Source of the DNA: Balanoglossus misakiensis
Lineage: Eukaryota; Animalia; Hemichordata
Direction of reading: 5' to 3'
DNA: 64,000 nt
NCBI GenBank assembly: GCA_040954595.2
Contig: CM082584.2
Coordinates: 8,259,046-8,323,045 of the forward strand
Position 1 is the first letter of the stretch, and each line of letters begins with the position of its first letter. Below, one piece after another: positions 29,291 to 42,129 of the stretch. The position numbers and the translations under genes were made by a program. The notes below the pieces were generated by a model, which saw only the letters and a program-made list of their open reading frames with translations, was not told the DNA's origin and did not search any database.

Positions 29291-32200
29291 ATGTTGAATA
29301 TGGGCGCAGTCAAGGCGTTTGACGTCTTTCTGGACGACCCGGTTGAAGTGTACCACGTCGGGGACACAATAACGGGTCACGTTGTCATCTGTCTGACGAA
29401 GGACTTAGCAATGAGAGGTGGGTTAATTACGTTATCGTTTACACATTCTTGAACCTGTCGAAATGGCCCCTGTACAAATGTTGCGCGACAACGACACGAA
29501 TGATCCAGTGGCTGTCATCGATCCGACCAATATCAATCGATGTTAAAGCGCGTCTCTGTTGATGACATCCAATAGTACAGCGAAAGCTTTATAGCGACTT
29601 ATTAAAATAGTCGGCAGTGTCGCTTAACGACAAAATAGAAATTTGTGTATTTTGTAGATCGGAAGCTGACGATTAACTTTCTGGCGAGTAAAGCCATGCT
29701 AGGCGTCGGGGTAACGATGTGCCAAGTCCACAAACCGCGACAGCGAACTTTGCTCGGGTGCGCGATGCCAATAAAACGGTCAAAAGGAGAAAAGTACATT
29801 TATTATTCTGAAAATTCGCACACAATACATAATGATTGCCCCACCCTAATAAAGCAATATAAGCACGAAGACATCATATTGATGATAATTAATGCAGTCA
29901 TTATTTTTGAGAGAGTCGGTCGATCTGTATTATGTTGGCGGGATTTTTTCCTGCAGAATGCATCAGGCTTAGCTTAATCTATGAGAGATATTCGATCCCA
30001 TATTCTTCGATGATCCTATCGTGAACCAATTTTGCACGGCAGAAATATTATCCCGCCTAAGTTCATTAATAATTGTTGTATTGATAAGGAAAGCGTGGGT
30101 GAGGGTTGGGAACTTTAATTCAACCACAGTAAAGCAGTTCATCACGACATGTAAACGCCTTCTGCACGTTCATTATTTGTTAAGGTTAGAGAAGGGTTCA
30201 CCGAAATGGGGGGGGGGGGGGGGAACGTTCACAGCACTTCCGACACAACAATATGTCAGCCGAGTTTTTTTCCCGCGTGGTCAGAGGCAAGTTTCAACAT
30301 TTTTTTCGCAGTGATATAAACCAATAAGTACAAAAGAGAGGTCAAAATCGGCAGCAAGTCAGTACCTCTGGATTGATAACCACTAACTACTACAGTTTTC
30401 ATTAGATATGCAAGTGACAAGAAATTGTCAAATCTCAGACATTGGAGTCTGATTCTACTTCAAGTCGGGACGGCCATATTGATAATTCCTGTCAATAGCT
30501 CTCAACTGGAGTGGGTATACTTCTCCAGCTGCGTCCAAGGAGTACAATATTACTAGTATGCAGTGCTGTTTCGGCGTAGTACAGTGAATGCAGTTGAAGA
30601 TGTTTGCGTTTTCAGTGACGTTTCCTTGTGCGTCGTAGCATAGGCAATTTGGAATGTGGGTAGCGCCTAACTCTCCCCGGCAACTCCCTTCTGCCGATTA
30701 TTATGTTGCCATCCAAAGCAAACCTAAGCAATTAATTTGCGTAAACACCGAAGCAAGGAGGCAGCCTTCCCCTTGACCGCTACAGTGCCATGACAATATT
30801 TCCTGTGTGACCTACATAGATATGTTCATGATTTCTGAATTTAATGAAACATAAAAACAGACATACTAACAAATCGTCCAATTCGGAAATCGCCAAAAAG
30901 GAATTTATCGAAACCATAATTCAACACAGGAAAGGAATAGAATGGCTGAGTACTGGAAACACTAATGTCTTCATAATTTTCTCCGCCGATCCCTCACCAA
31001 TGTCAAAAATTATTTTTTGTTATCTAAGGTATGATCATAATAGAGGGAAAGGGTCTTCACGGCAGTCTGTTATCGTTTTCTCAGAGGGAGACAATGCAAA
31101 ATCGAGATCGTGATTGTTGGAACGCCCAGTAACAATTAATTGGGAGTGCATGTCTGTTATTTCCCTCCCATTTCTCTATCCGCTTATCCGTCACCGATGC
31201 GCCTTATCAATTCTTCTCGATTTGTGCACTTTTTCAATTCGATTATCCATTGTACCAATCAATAACCGACACATGTGGACTGGATCGGATTACTGGCCGG
31301 CAATCGAATCGTTACCGCCACTGCACTCTACACGAACTCGACAATCGCGATGCAGTGTTACGGGTATTATCGCCAATTAAATGGTCTTCCGCTGCTGTAC
31401 CACTCGCGACGCCATTGTGAAAACACGAAAATCGGTCATTACTGTGCCCGAAAGTGGACATGCTCATATATGTTTTTTCTTATCTACAGCGTGACCACGC
31501 AGACGTAGTTTTGCTTTCACGTGGGCATGGCAACCCATGCAAACATCTCCATGGCGACCTGAACTGGTGAATCGCAATCATACTTAATGAGGCCTGGAAC
31601 AAAAGATTCTTGTTATAGATGCATGGTAACCATGGTTGGGATTTCTGAAATTGCAATTACGTCGGATGTGCATTTGAAGCTTAACGTCGCAAAGCCAACA
31701 ATACATGCCACATTCATCCCTCCGATGTCAACAATAATGGAATCCAGCAAAAACAAACAAGCAAAACAAAACAACCAACCAAACACAAATTTTATGTTGA
31801 GAATCTGTTGTATTTTGTACATATAAGGAACTTAAAATTTCTTCTGTGTGGCGCATGATACATGTATATTTGCATCTCTGTTGCATGTTAGTGCGCGAAA
31901 TAGCAAAAAGTCATAAAACATGCGACGCATCAGGAAAAAAACACATAAAATATTCATCGGGAAACCTAAGCCCGAGACATTTAATAAAGATTGAACCAAA
32001 TGCATAGAATTGTATTCGCCAACTCACTTGAGGCAGACATGTTTTCGGGCCTCTGGCAATGAAAACATCCAAATTGCTCGAAAAACAGCCACGCTATTAA
32101 ATGCTTGAGAGATCCACAAAATAAAAGATATAGCTTGTTTCAAAAATGTAACGTGACACGTCAGATTATAATGTGCTAATTTATCATATTCAGCAACGTT

Positions 32201-35200
32201 TTACATTTTTGTCTGGCCTGCGGGTCCATGCAGCCATGATCTCCAATATTGCGTGCAACAGAAACATTATTCTTAATGCAAGCTCTTCAACCAGGGGCCC
32301 CGGAACATGGTTAACAAGTCCGGTGTTGCTGGGTATGATATAGCATGTATTCGAATAATGTAAATTAAACTCCCCAAACATAAGAACACTGATATCAATT
32401 ATCAAACCCGTATATGTCTTTCGGTGATCCCTACATGTGCGTGTTAGTCCAAATGTATATTTAACCACATTTCTATATACCTCCCCATTCTCGAATATGT
32501 AATGAAAATAATGGACCTTTAAACGGGCGTTAAAAATTAAAGTGCAAATATTGTTTGTACCGCGGGAAAATCGCACATGTATTGCATCATAGAGCATTGG
32601 CGATGAGTTACATAATTGATGATCCTGCTATATATATATTTCTAGGTTTGACAACGCAAGTAATCACGTTTCGCTCACAGAAACATAATTTACAAGAGTA
32701 AATACTACATATATAGTTGTTATAAGAATCAAAATCGAAAATGACGTTTCCACATCACGAATTAGTTTATTGTATCAGCCTTTAAAAAGCCGCATTCCTA
32801 GTTAACCCTTGCTTGCCATTAAATAGAATCATTTCCTTCAGAAATGGAAGAGCCTATTGTCAAGCAATCCAGCAAATCCAAGTATTGATTCTTAAGTGGT
32901 GAGGGAAGCCACTCAGTATAACGTAATAAATACACCGTACTGTGAAAGGTGATTTGGTAGGTTAGCTTCACTGCACTGAACATTATATAAGGGAGTCTGT
33001 TGTGACTGCTGTTCTTGGGGATTGACAACTCACGCTGGAACCTGTTATGAGGAACGGCTCTTATTGATTTTTAAATATGGCTGTCATTGAAGCGTATTAG
33101 CGAAGGTCACTTTATAATGTCCGTTGTTATCCGTACCGCACACACACACACACACTCTCTCTCTTTGTATATATCGTCACAGTATTCTCGTGCTCGTGTC
33201 GTCTGCTTGCCGTAAGACACAGTTCGCGACCAGGGCCGCGTGCAGAAGATTCTCGTTAAAACTCTGACGCGGTTCCGCTTGTGAAATATCTTGCAAAGTG
33301 TGAAACCCCAAGGTTTTGGTTTCGATGAATGGATGGGTGAAATCAAGGCCAAATCTGAGGGCCGACACCAGGGCACTCGACTTTGAAGTATCGGTTTACG
33401 TCACAAAGCGCAACATGTTCGTAATATAATGAACATATCGATTGGCTGAATGACAATCACAAATACAATCGATGTCCGATAGATGAAGAAAAATCTGTCA
33501 CGGAGAATGAAAACGATCATCATGAATGATACAGCTCCATATTGAAAATTCATGTCCTGTCATAATGATGTCGAATCCTGAAATAGCATAACACTTTTAC
33601 AGAAATGAGGGATCAGATCTTGAAATATTATTCTGCAAGGAATCGTACTATTGGATAGCCGCGGGCGTCTCCTATGCGCGACCTTGATTCACGTCAGAAA
33701 AGCTGACCGGGACTACCCGGGGTTTATTTTTTAGACGAATCAATACTTGTCTTCGTGTTAACATTGTGAAGAATGGAGACGTATTGGACAGGAGGGGTGC
33801 TGTTGACAGTTAAGCGAGTTCCAATTCAAATCCATATCAAGGCAAAGATTTGAATGACTCTACCTTGGCGACATAACAAGTGCGAGTGACTGATACACGT
33901 TTGAAGGACAAGGAGCAGTGATTGACTTTCCGCAAAAAATTAAAACGTTTCATATATAATTGACACGCAAGGCTAACATTTTCTGAAGGCGGGCGCAAGG
34001 CTAACATTTTCTGCGCCACCATACTTAACATGTACTGGTCTTTAATCCCTTCCTAAGTGCCTCCTACGCTCACTCCGAAAGCTTACATTTGCTTAAATTA
34101 ATAATAACTTGAATCTTCATTCCAGGTGCCCGACAGGGGAAAAAAGTTGCGTTTACATGTTCTTTTAGTCGTCCTTAGCGGCGAGTTAGTTGAAACTCGG
34201 TGAAGCAAAACTCCACCTGAGGCAGGGGTCCGCGTGACAGCCGCTTACTGGTGACTCCGCACTTCTAATTAATAAATCAAGCGCCTCATGTATCCTGTAG
34301 CCATGCACACACACACACATCTCTGTTCGTTTTAATGATTCACAAGAACCTCAGTTGCTGCAGGTGTTCTTAATTTATGCATTCGACGAGGAAATCTGTC
34401 CAGGATTCTGTTTTTACTAGCGATTAGCTCGTTTTTACAACAGCCGTTGGCACGGTGACCAAACCCGTCGCTTCTTTCCCTCCTGTCTTTTGAGTGTCGG
34501 GCGATGCGTGCTGGTCCCGCCCAACTGCATATTCATGTTTTGGCGCCGGTGGAGTTGAAGTTTCTGATAGACGCAAAAAACAACAACAACAACAATAACA
34601 ACTGTTTGATTAGTGTCGCATATCTGACGTGTCCCTCGTGAATTTTTCATGAACACGGGGATGAGGAGCGCGATAGCCAATAAATCATATCTCATGAAAT
34701 GTTCGATGCTCAATACAGATAAACGAATCAAATATTAATACCACACCACTGCGCTTAATCATTCCAATTGTTATTTTCTCGTGTGAGTGGATTTGAAAGA
34801 ATTTAATCGCACAGGCTTATAAGGTCGCCGAATCCACCGTTGATTATTTTCACGGTGAAGGTAATCAGGTCGCAAAACATTAATCAAATGCGCAATTTCA
34901 TAAACTCTTCCCGGGCCATGACTCGGGCAATAATGTAAATTAAAAAAAACTCCAATGAATTTTTTATTGAAGGGTTTCCAACATTTTGACGACTTTAGAA
35001 AAACAAAAGCATGCTGAGGCCAGCAAGCCGGGTTTTTTTTTGCGTAATTAAGACGCAACGCCCCACAGCAGATTACAAATTCAAAATTGCACCGCCCAGG
35101 ACCTCCCCAGTTCGTTGTTAACATTAATACCGTTAAACGGTGTTGTTCCTTTGTTTCGCGTTGAAATATCTATCTCTTTAATCCATCATGATGTTAGAAA

Positions 35201-38200
35201 AAAGTGACAAAAACACTGGTATTTCAGAACCACTGTGCCTATAGGTACACAAAGCAACGTCGGTTTCCATGACCGCCGTGTCAAAAGCATATGTCACCCG
35301 TAAAATACCGCTATCTATATAGTTCAACTTGCGAGATTTGCATTGCCTGGGTTGATATATTCATCGTTGTACAGCTCTGTGGAGTGCTAATATCCTGAAG
35401 GCTACTCAGGGAAAAAATACCTGTATATCTCCGCGGTTGGCCATGGCGCAGAATCGCTTCGGTAAACAGCGCATGCAGAGTAGATAGGAAGGGAGAGAAA
35501 ACAAGGAGAAGACAGACAGACAGTTTGTTTTTAATCAAATGGCTTCGTGTCCGCGTTCTATCATCCGTGACGTGTCGTATTCATCAACAAGATTAATATG
35601 TTTCCTATTTAAGACAGACCATCGCAGAAAAATATAAGAAAAATATATGGATGCAAAACCGCGAAAGTGCGCTCTCGAAAGGTAACGGTACACAAAATTA
35701 AAATATATTGTGCCTATAGATTGAAGGGAGTATATAAGTAGGCATCGGCGATCGTCTTATGCGCAGGTGCCAAACCAGTGGCTCTGGTTACAAACATTGT
35801 ATATAGTCAATGCAATAAATGCGCTGACCTAACAACAGAAAAGATGGCGGCGACCATAGTCTATGTCGGAGATGGGGAAAAGACAGCAAATTGGGTGAAA
35901 AACTTAAGTCACTCTATACTAATGCGGTGCGCATGAAATATAACCGGCTTGCTTTCCTTAAAACGCCCGAGGAGGTAGCTTTTCCCCTTCGCAGACGAAC
36001 TGTCCAAAACACTTCGGCATTAAGAGGGCAGACGCTAGCTGCATTTCCGGTGCACCTGTCCGAAATGTGTTTTTGCATTCTCCCGACGGCCAGCAAGTGT
36101 CGGCTTTCCTTTACACGTACATGGTTAGAGAGGAAAACAAACTTAATTTGATTTATACCCTGCTAGCAGGTATATGGTTTACGTTCCCATTAAATCTCGA
36201 AGCGCTGAGGTAGCCGATTGATGACCCGAGTCGGTAGCTCTTGAAAACCTCAGTTAAATGTGTTAATGTCTCTGTATTTTCCTATGTAATATCCATCTCT
36301 TCGTCTAGCAGCAAAACGGTGGCTTTATTCTTCTACAGACTTTCACTGATAAACACGGTTAAAGTGCTTTAGTATAACAGCACGGGGGTAAAGGGCTAAA
36401 TATCTTGGCAGAATATATTTTCAAATCATGTTGCGTTAGACATTTTGTTTTGGTCAAATAACAGCGTCTTTCTCCCCAGACACATCAAATATCGTGCGCA
36501 GTTATTCAAAAATAGTTCGAATCGTTCTCTTATAGCCCTTGCTAAAGCTACACTACCCTCACCTATGTTTACTGATAAGAACGAGAGTCGACTGCACTTT
36601 GTAATGGCAAAGTTTACATATGGCTTGGAGATGCATTTCTGGATAATCACAGGATATAACTGTATGGTTTCTGACAGAGATTCGCTCAAACCTCGAGCGC
36701 TATCTTCTTCCTGGCGTGCATTTGGGCGTGGGAAAAACCCGGAAAGCGATTACATTTTGCTCGTGACCTTTCGCGGGGGAGTAAAAAATGAAGACTCTTC
36801 ATTTCCGTACAATGCCCTCGCTGAAGGCACTTACACATGTACAATAGAGCGAAGGTTTGTCTTGCGGGAGCATGGCAGCTTGAAGGTTATGAAACGAGAT
36901 ATGATGATAGTGAAGGGTGTGGTCAATACGATTTCTAAATGTTATTTATGATGGAGAGTGGCGGGGGGGGGGGGCAGGTAATGAGAATAGAGAGGGAAGG
37001 CCTTCGGTGAAAAAAGGGTTGTATAGGCAGAGTGGATCAGAAGTAGCTTAATCATTGTTCAAAATCAACGATGTATTTACAGTACATGTTGAGTGAATAC
37101 AAAGTAGACACAAATTTGACAAGCGTTTAAAAAAAAAACCACGAAAAGTCGCGTATTTGTGATACGAAATGTGAGCACATTTATTTTATAACGATGCCTT
37201 CCTGATCAATTGTCAAATTGTACGCCGGAAATATGCTGTTCAAACGTGGACATCTATTGTATATTTGATTTTCTTCTATCTGCCAATATTATATTACGGA
37301 TGTACATGCACGCACCCTTGTAATTATGTTGCTTTGATAAAGGCGTACACGCCGACAGCAAAGTGTGACATCTGGGTCAACCATTACTCGAAAACTAGAT
37401 CAACACATATGCGAGAAGTAACAGAAATGTACGTAAACAGTATGCGAAGGTGGGCGTAGTGTGTTTTTGGCCTGTCCTCTAAAAACCATATACATGCATT
37501 AAAAAAGCGATACCCAAACATTATACGGTATTAGTGTCACGTGGTCATGCTGACATTTACAAAGAACTATTTTCGATTGTCAAGTTCAATCAACGTTTTT
37601 TAACTATAGGAAGTGTCTTGATGAGAAAACCAAGTTGTTCTTAATAAGTGTATAGCATCTGTTCAGAATTGCCATTGGAATGGTAACGGCTCTCATTCTA
37701 ATTACAATTTCTGATCAAGTGGTTGATCGACGAAGGAAATGTCAACAGGAAGCTACTGATGATTTTCTCAGGACATCACCCATCCGGAAATCAATAATTT
37801 CCGCTTTGCGGTCGTCGGTCCCCTTCTACGCATCGAGACACAATGACATTAATTATCAGACGTCCAAAGTGAACAAAAGCGTTTCATATAAGGTGATGAT
37901 CTGTTTGTAGGTCACACGTTGTTGAGTGACAGATGGCAATGGGCACGTCCGGTGCATATTTTATAGATGGGCAATGTAGAAAGTAGACACAACATCAAGC
38001 ATATCAAGTTATAAATAAATAAATAAATAAATGAATGAACAAATAAATAAATAAATAAAGGAGAGGCTACATAAACAAATCGCAAACAGATGTTTAGTCG
38101 TCGACAAATACTATAGCTTTTAAGACATTATAATATCTGGAAATTTCTGTGGGGTTGTCGAGTTACCACCAAACACGTATATATGCACTCCACTGATGAC

Positions 38201-41115
38201 AAAATTTACGACTATACATAACCGCAAATGATGCCAAAATAACGGTTCAGTAACATTCGCGCACCAGCGCAGATAAGGTAGCCTATAGCGTTCTGTTTTA
38301 TGTTCACGTGGCCAAGTAACTGTGTTGTTCTGAAAGAAGCATTTTAACTTTAGGCCCAAGGCTGATAAAAGGGTAGTGCGCCGAGTGAGACAGATTTTCC
38401 ACGCACTAATTGGTTTTGTATAAACCCTTGGTTCCATCGGGAGATGTTGCTAAGCAGAGTTCGATATGAAATTAGAACACACACGCCCCTCCCTTGATGA
38501 TACTGCTTATAACCTTGGAGGAGGCCGCAATATATAGTTCCTGTACGTCCTCGCCCAGATTGGTGCACGTGTCCTCGCTTACGTGTCAACCAACGAAAGC
38601 TGCAGATTGACCACAAGTGACCACTATGGTCCAAAGCGTCGGTCAAATATGTTCGTTGTGTGTAATAACCCCCTCGGTATGACAGATGCACATACATGCG
38701 CGCGGCCGCCATTTTCCCCCGAACCGAACTTCTTGGGAGATAATTGAAAATGATTTTAATAACACACGTATTACATACTCGATTTGCTGATTAAATATTG
38801 TTTTTTTTCGAAATCCCCCCCCGTACATCAACATAGATCTGACGTAAGAATACTGGTTAATGCCTATACTGCTCACGTGTCTTTCTGTTTCTTTGCCAGG
38901 AATCCGAGTTGTTCTCCGGGGTGAGGGACGGGTGCAATGGAGGGAGAAAATACCCTCCATGCAAGATAAAAAGAGAACTACCAATTTCCATGGCACCGAG
39001 CAATTCCTGTACGAACGACTAACAGTCTGGGGTAAAGGTATGTATTAAGGGATAACCATGTGATGTCTAGAAGGGAGGGCCTGCAATAAATAGTACCGGA
39101 AGGGAGGGGGGAGGGAGGGGGGGGGAGAGTCAGAGAGAGAGGGAGAGGGAGAGAGAGTACGACTCTCGAGTACGATTAAGAGTACGACTCTCACATATAT
39201 ATAAGTAACAAAAATACCATTTAGATAACCCTTGGTATAATACCTGGATCACAGCCATATCGTGTTAATGGCAGGAGAAGTTGAAGAAATAACACAGAAA
39301 GAAAATGCTCTATTCAGAACCAATAAAATGGTTTGACACACTAATGGACTCGTTTGCAAACATCTCCTCCGTCGCCATGACGACGATGATCTCATTCATG
39401 GGGTTGCCTCTGATCGGTGAAAACACGTGTGCATTCAGACGTAAACAAAACCAAGTCCTTATAGACGCAACGCTGGAAGGCTTTCTTGTGGTTAATGACT
39501 TAATAGCCATGCTTAAATGTTAGCAAATCACTCTTTTATGGCTGGCCTATTCGGGTTTTCAATGGAGACTTATCCAGCGGATTGTACGTCACAATTTTAA
39601 ATGTTAAAGTACAAAGCAAATTTGACGTCGGCTAGGATGGTGGACTAGAACGAAAGTCTTAGACGCAAAATGCAAAGTGCCAATTAAGGTAGAATGCGCC
39701 CGAAAATCTAAGACGCGCATAGCCATAACATAAACTGGGCAAAACGCGCGTTCGTCTCTTCCCATAGGATTACATGGAGAATAGCTAGAAAACCCACTTC
39801 TATTATTGTCATTTTCTTGAAATTTTACACATAGCTCAGTCAAACAATCTGTACCCGAGGCGCGTACTACCTTAAAACAAGAAAGCGATCAGTCGCTCCG
39901 GTAGATGGTGCAACTGGAAAGTTAGTTTTACCAACCAATTCGGAAGAGTCACGTATCACCTCTAAAATGAACCAAAAAAATCATCAGAAATTTGATTGAT
40001 TCAGAAACGTCTCAATGGTTCCCGTGTGACCCCCCATATAACCCACTTAACCGAAAATCGTATAACAACATCAAATGGTGAAATATAATTGCACTATTGT
40101 TTGGTTTAATTTGATATTTATCGAACCCAATAAAATACCGCGTTGCATTGATCGCATTGCTCTAAAATATACGACCTAGACCTACTTTCCAAAGTCACCA
40201 GAACAAGTGTTTCTGTAACCGTGACGGAAGAAATGCCTGGAAAAAGACACTTTAATTATTGATGCCTGAATAGCCGGCCATGTTTGATGGTTTTTCTTTA
40301 CGCGTTATATCCAAGATTAATATTTTTTATTTTATTTCCATCTCCACAATTGCAGAAGTCAACGAAACGGGAGAGATCCCTTTACTCAACGCCGGGCAGT
40401 ACTCTTTCCCGTTCGTGTTTCGATTCCCGGACGATCCTAACCTGCCGTGCTCGTTTGAATGTGGCAAGATAGCGTCGATTCGCTACTACATTCAGGCCAA
40501 CATTGACATTTCGTGGGCCGTCGATCCCGTGGCGGAGAGATACTTCTCGTTTGTTGGAAGTGCAGTGGATTGTAACCTTCCACGCTATCAGGTAAGGAGA
40601 AATCGTTTGGTGGGGGAGGGAGGGAGGGAGTATTTATTCAGCCTCTGTTACAGCAATTTATTTCATTGTCAACCCATCTTTTCCCTCATTGCAGAAAAAA
40701 AAAATTTTACTTCAAAAATCTTCCACCCACCCCTCAGAAATCAAACGGTTCTCCCTTTATGTCATTCTGATGTGTTGCCACGCGCCGCTGAGTGGGCTGG
40801 GGGCGCTCCAGAATCAGCTTGCGTGTCGAGTTACAAGTCATTTTGGATTCTATACAATTCACATTTCCGCAGTGTAAAAAGCGAATCATGAGTCTGAATC
40901 ATTTCATTGTCTGTGTTCATTTTTTATTTTAGAAAACCGTTCACGCCGCCGACAGAAAGACGCTGTGTTGCTGTTGCTGCTGTGCCAGGGGACCCATAGC
41001 GTTGAAAGTGGAACTGCAGAGAACGGCCTACTGCCCCGGAGAGTACGTCAACATCAGCACCAAACTAGATAATAATTCTGACAAAGACATGACACTCGGT
41101 GTCAAACTTGTACAG
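29291..41115 (+). CDS. Alpha-arrestin / arrestin domain-containing protein (ARRDC/TXNIP family), exons 1-4; 3' part not in window
   Basis: Exons 29291 (or 29300)-29417 MGAVKAFDVFLDDPVEVYHVGDTITGHVVICLTKDLAMRG; 38900-39037 IRVVLRGEGRVQWRE...; 40356-40591 LNAGQYSFPFVFRFPDDPNLPCSFECGKIASIRYYIQANIDISW; 40933-41115 KTLCCCCCCARGPIALKVELQRTAYCPGEYVNISTKLDNNS...VKLVQ|GT. This is the Arrestin_N domain plus the start of Arrestin_C, and no stop is reached. Confidence 0.9.
38010..38059. repeat. (AAAT)n microsatellite, imperfect
   Basis: Tandem ATAA units in arrestin intron 1. Confidence 0.85.
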
Positions 41116-41740
41116 GTACATGTATATCCTCAAAAAGTATATATTTCTGAACCCATGTCTATCTCAATTCTTGGATGTATAAAAAATACTGTATAGAATG
41201 CTGAAAATGTAGTCAATGTAAATAACAGCCTTGATATTGATAAACGCCACCCACTGATCGTTCTTGCATTCACCGAGAATCAATATAACCTGCACGTCAC
41301 GACACATCTAACTCACATATTATCGAGCATGCGCAAACTGAAGGTCTGCTATGTAAAATTGACTTCCTTGCCGACTGCTGTGCACACACGTCAATTTCAG
41401 TTCAGGCAATGATCAGTTCTGATAAACTTAATGATGCGGGAATGATTTCTCATTAAGAAAGCAGTTCTTTAAAAAACACGGCTGTAGTAGTTTCGCATGT
41501 AAAACTGCCGATAGATAAGTAACTTCGTTTGTCGTGCAGAGAGAGTCCGGCGTACAATTTATTATGAAAGTGTGCCACACGCCGTGGGTTAAAATGATTT
41601 ATTAATGCCGGATTCTGTCCTTCGTCAGTGTTATGGCAGATAATAACCTAAGTCGCTGAAATCTCTTCTTAACTATATGCCTGCAGCACAAAGAAACAAG
41701 CGTGACTCTGTAGAAGATATTCGCAAGCACATAGTCTCTG

Positions 41741-41810
41741 TCTACCTACCTACCTACCTGCCTGCCTGCCTGCCTGTCTACCTACCTGCCTGCCTGCCTG
41801 CCTGCCTGCC

Positions 41811-41865
<55 letters not shown>

Positions 41866-41948
41866 ATGTATGTATGTATGTATGTATGTATGTATGTATG
41901 TATGTATGTATGTATGTATGTATGTATGTATGTATGTATGTATGTATG

Positions 41949-41979
<31 letters not shown>

Positions 41980-42006
41980 CTATGTATGTATGTATGTATG
42001 TATGTA

Positions 42007-42100
<94 letters not shown>
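41741..42100. repeat. Compound microsatellite (CCTR)n-(TCTG)n-(TATG)n-(TG)n
   Basis: Consecutive tetra- and dinucleotide tracts directly upstream of the satellite array. Confidence 0.97.
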
Positions 42101-42102
<2 letters not shown>

Positions 42103-42129
42103 TGTATGGATGTATGGATGAATGGATAC

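Noticed and set aside
29275-29292. ChoRE-like CACGAG...CACGAT before the arrestin start (TXNIP/ARRDC4 are ChoRE targets)
   Set aside because: The spacer is 6 bp rather than 5, and the second half overlaps the ATG.
29600-38800. Short ORFs in arrestin intron 1, including the 168-aa ORF at 36445-36951
   Set aside because: No recognisable domains, mostly non-ATG starts, and no consistent exon chain.
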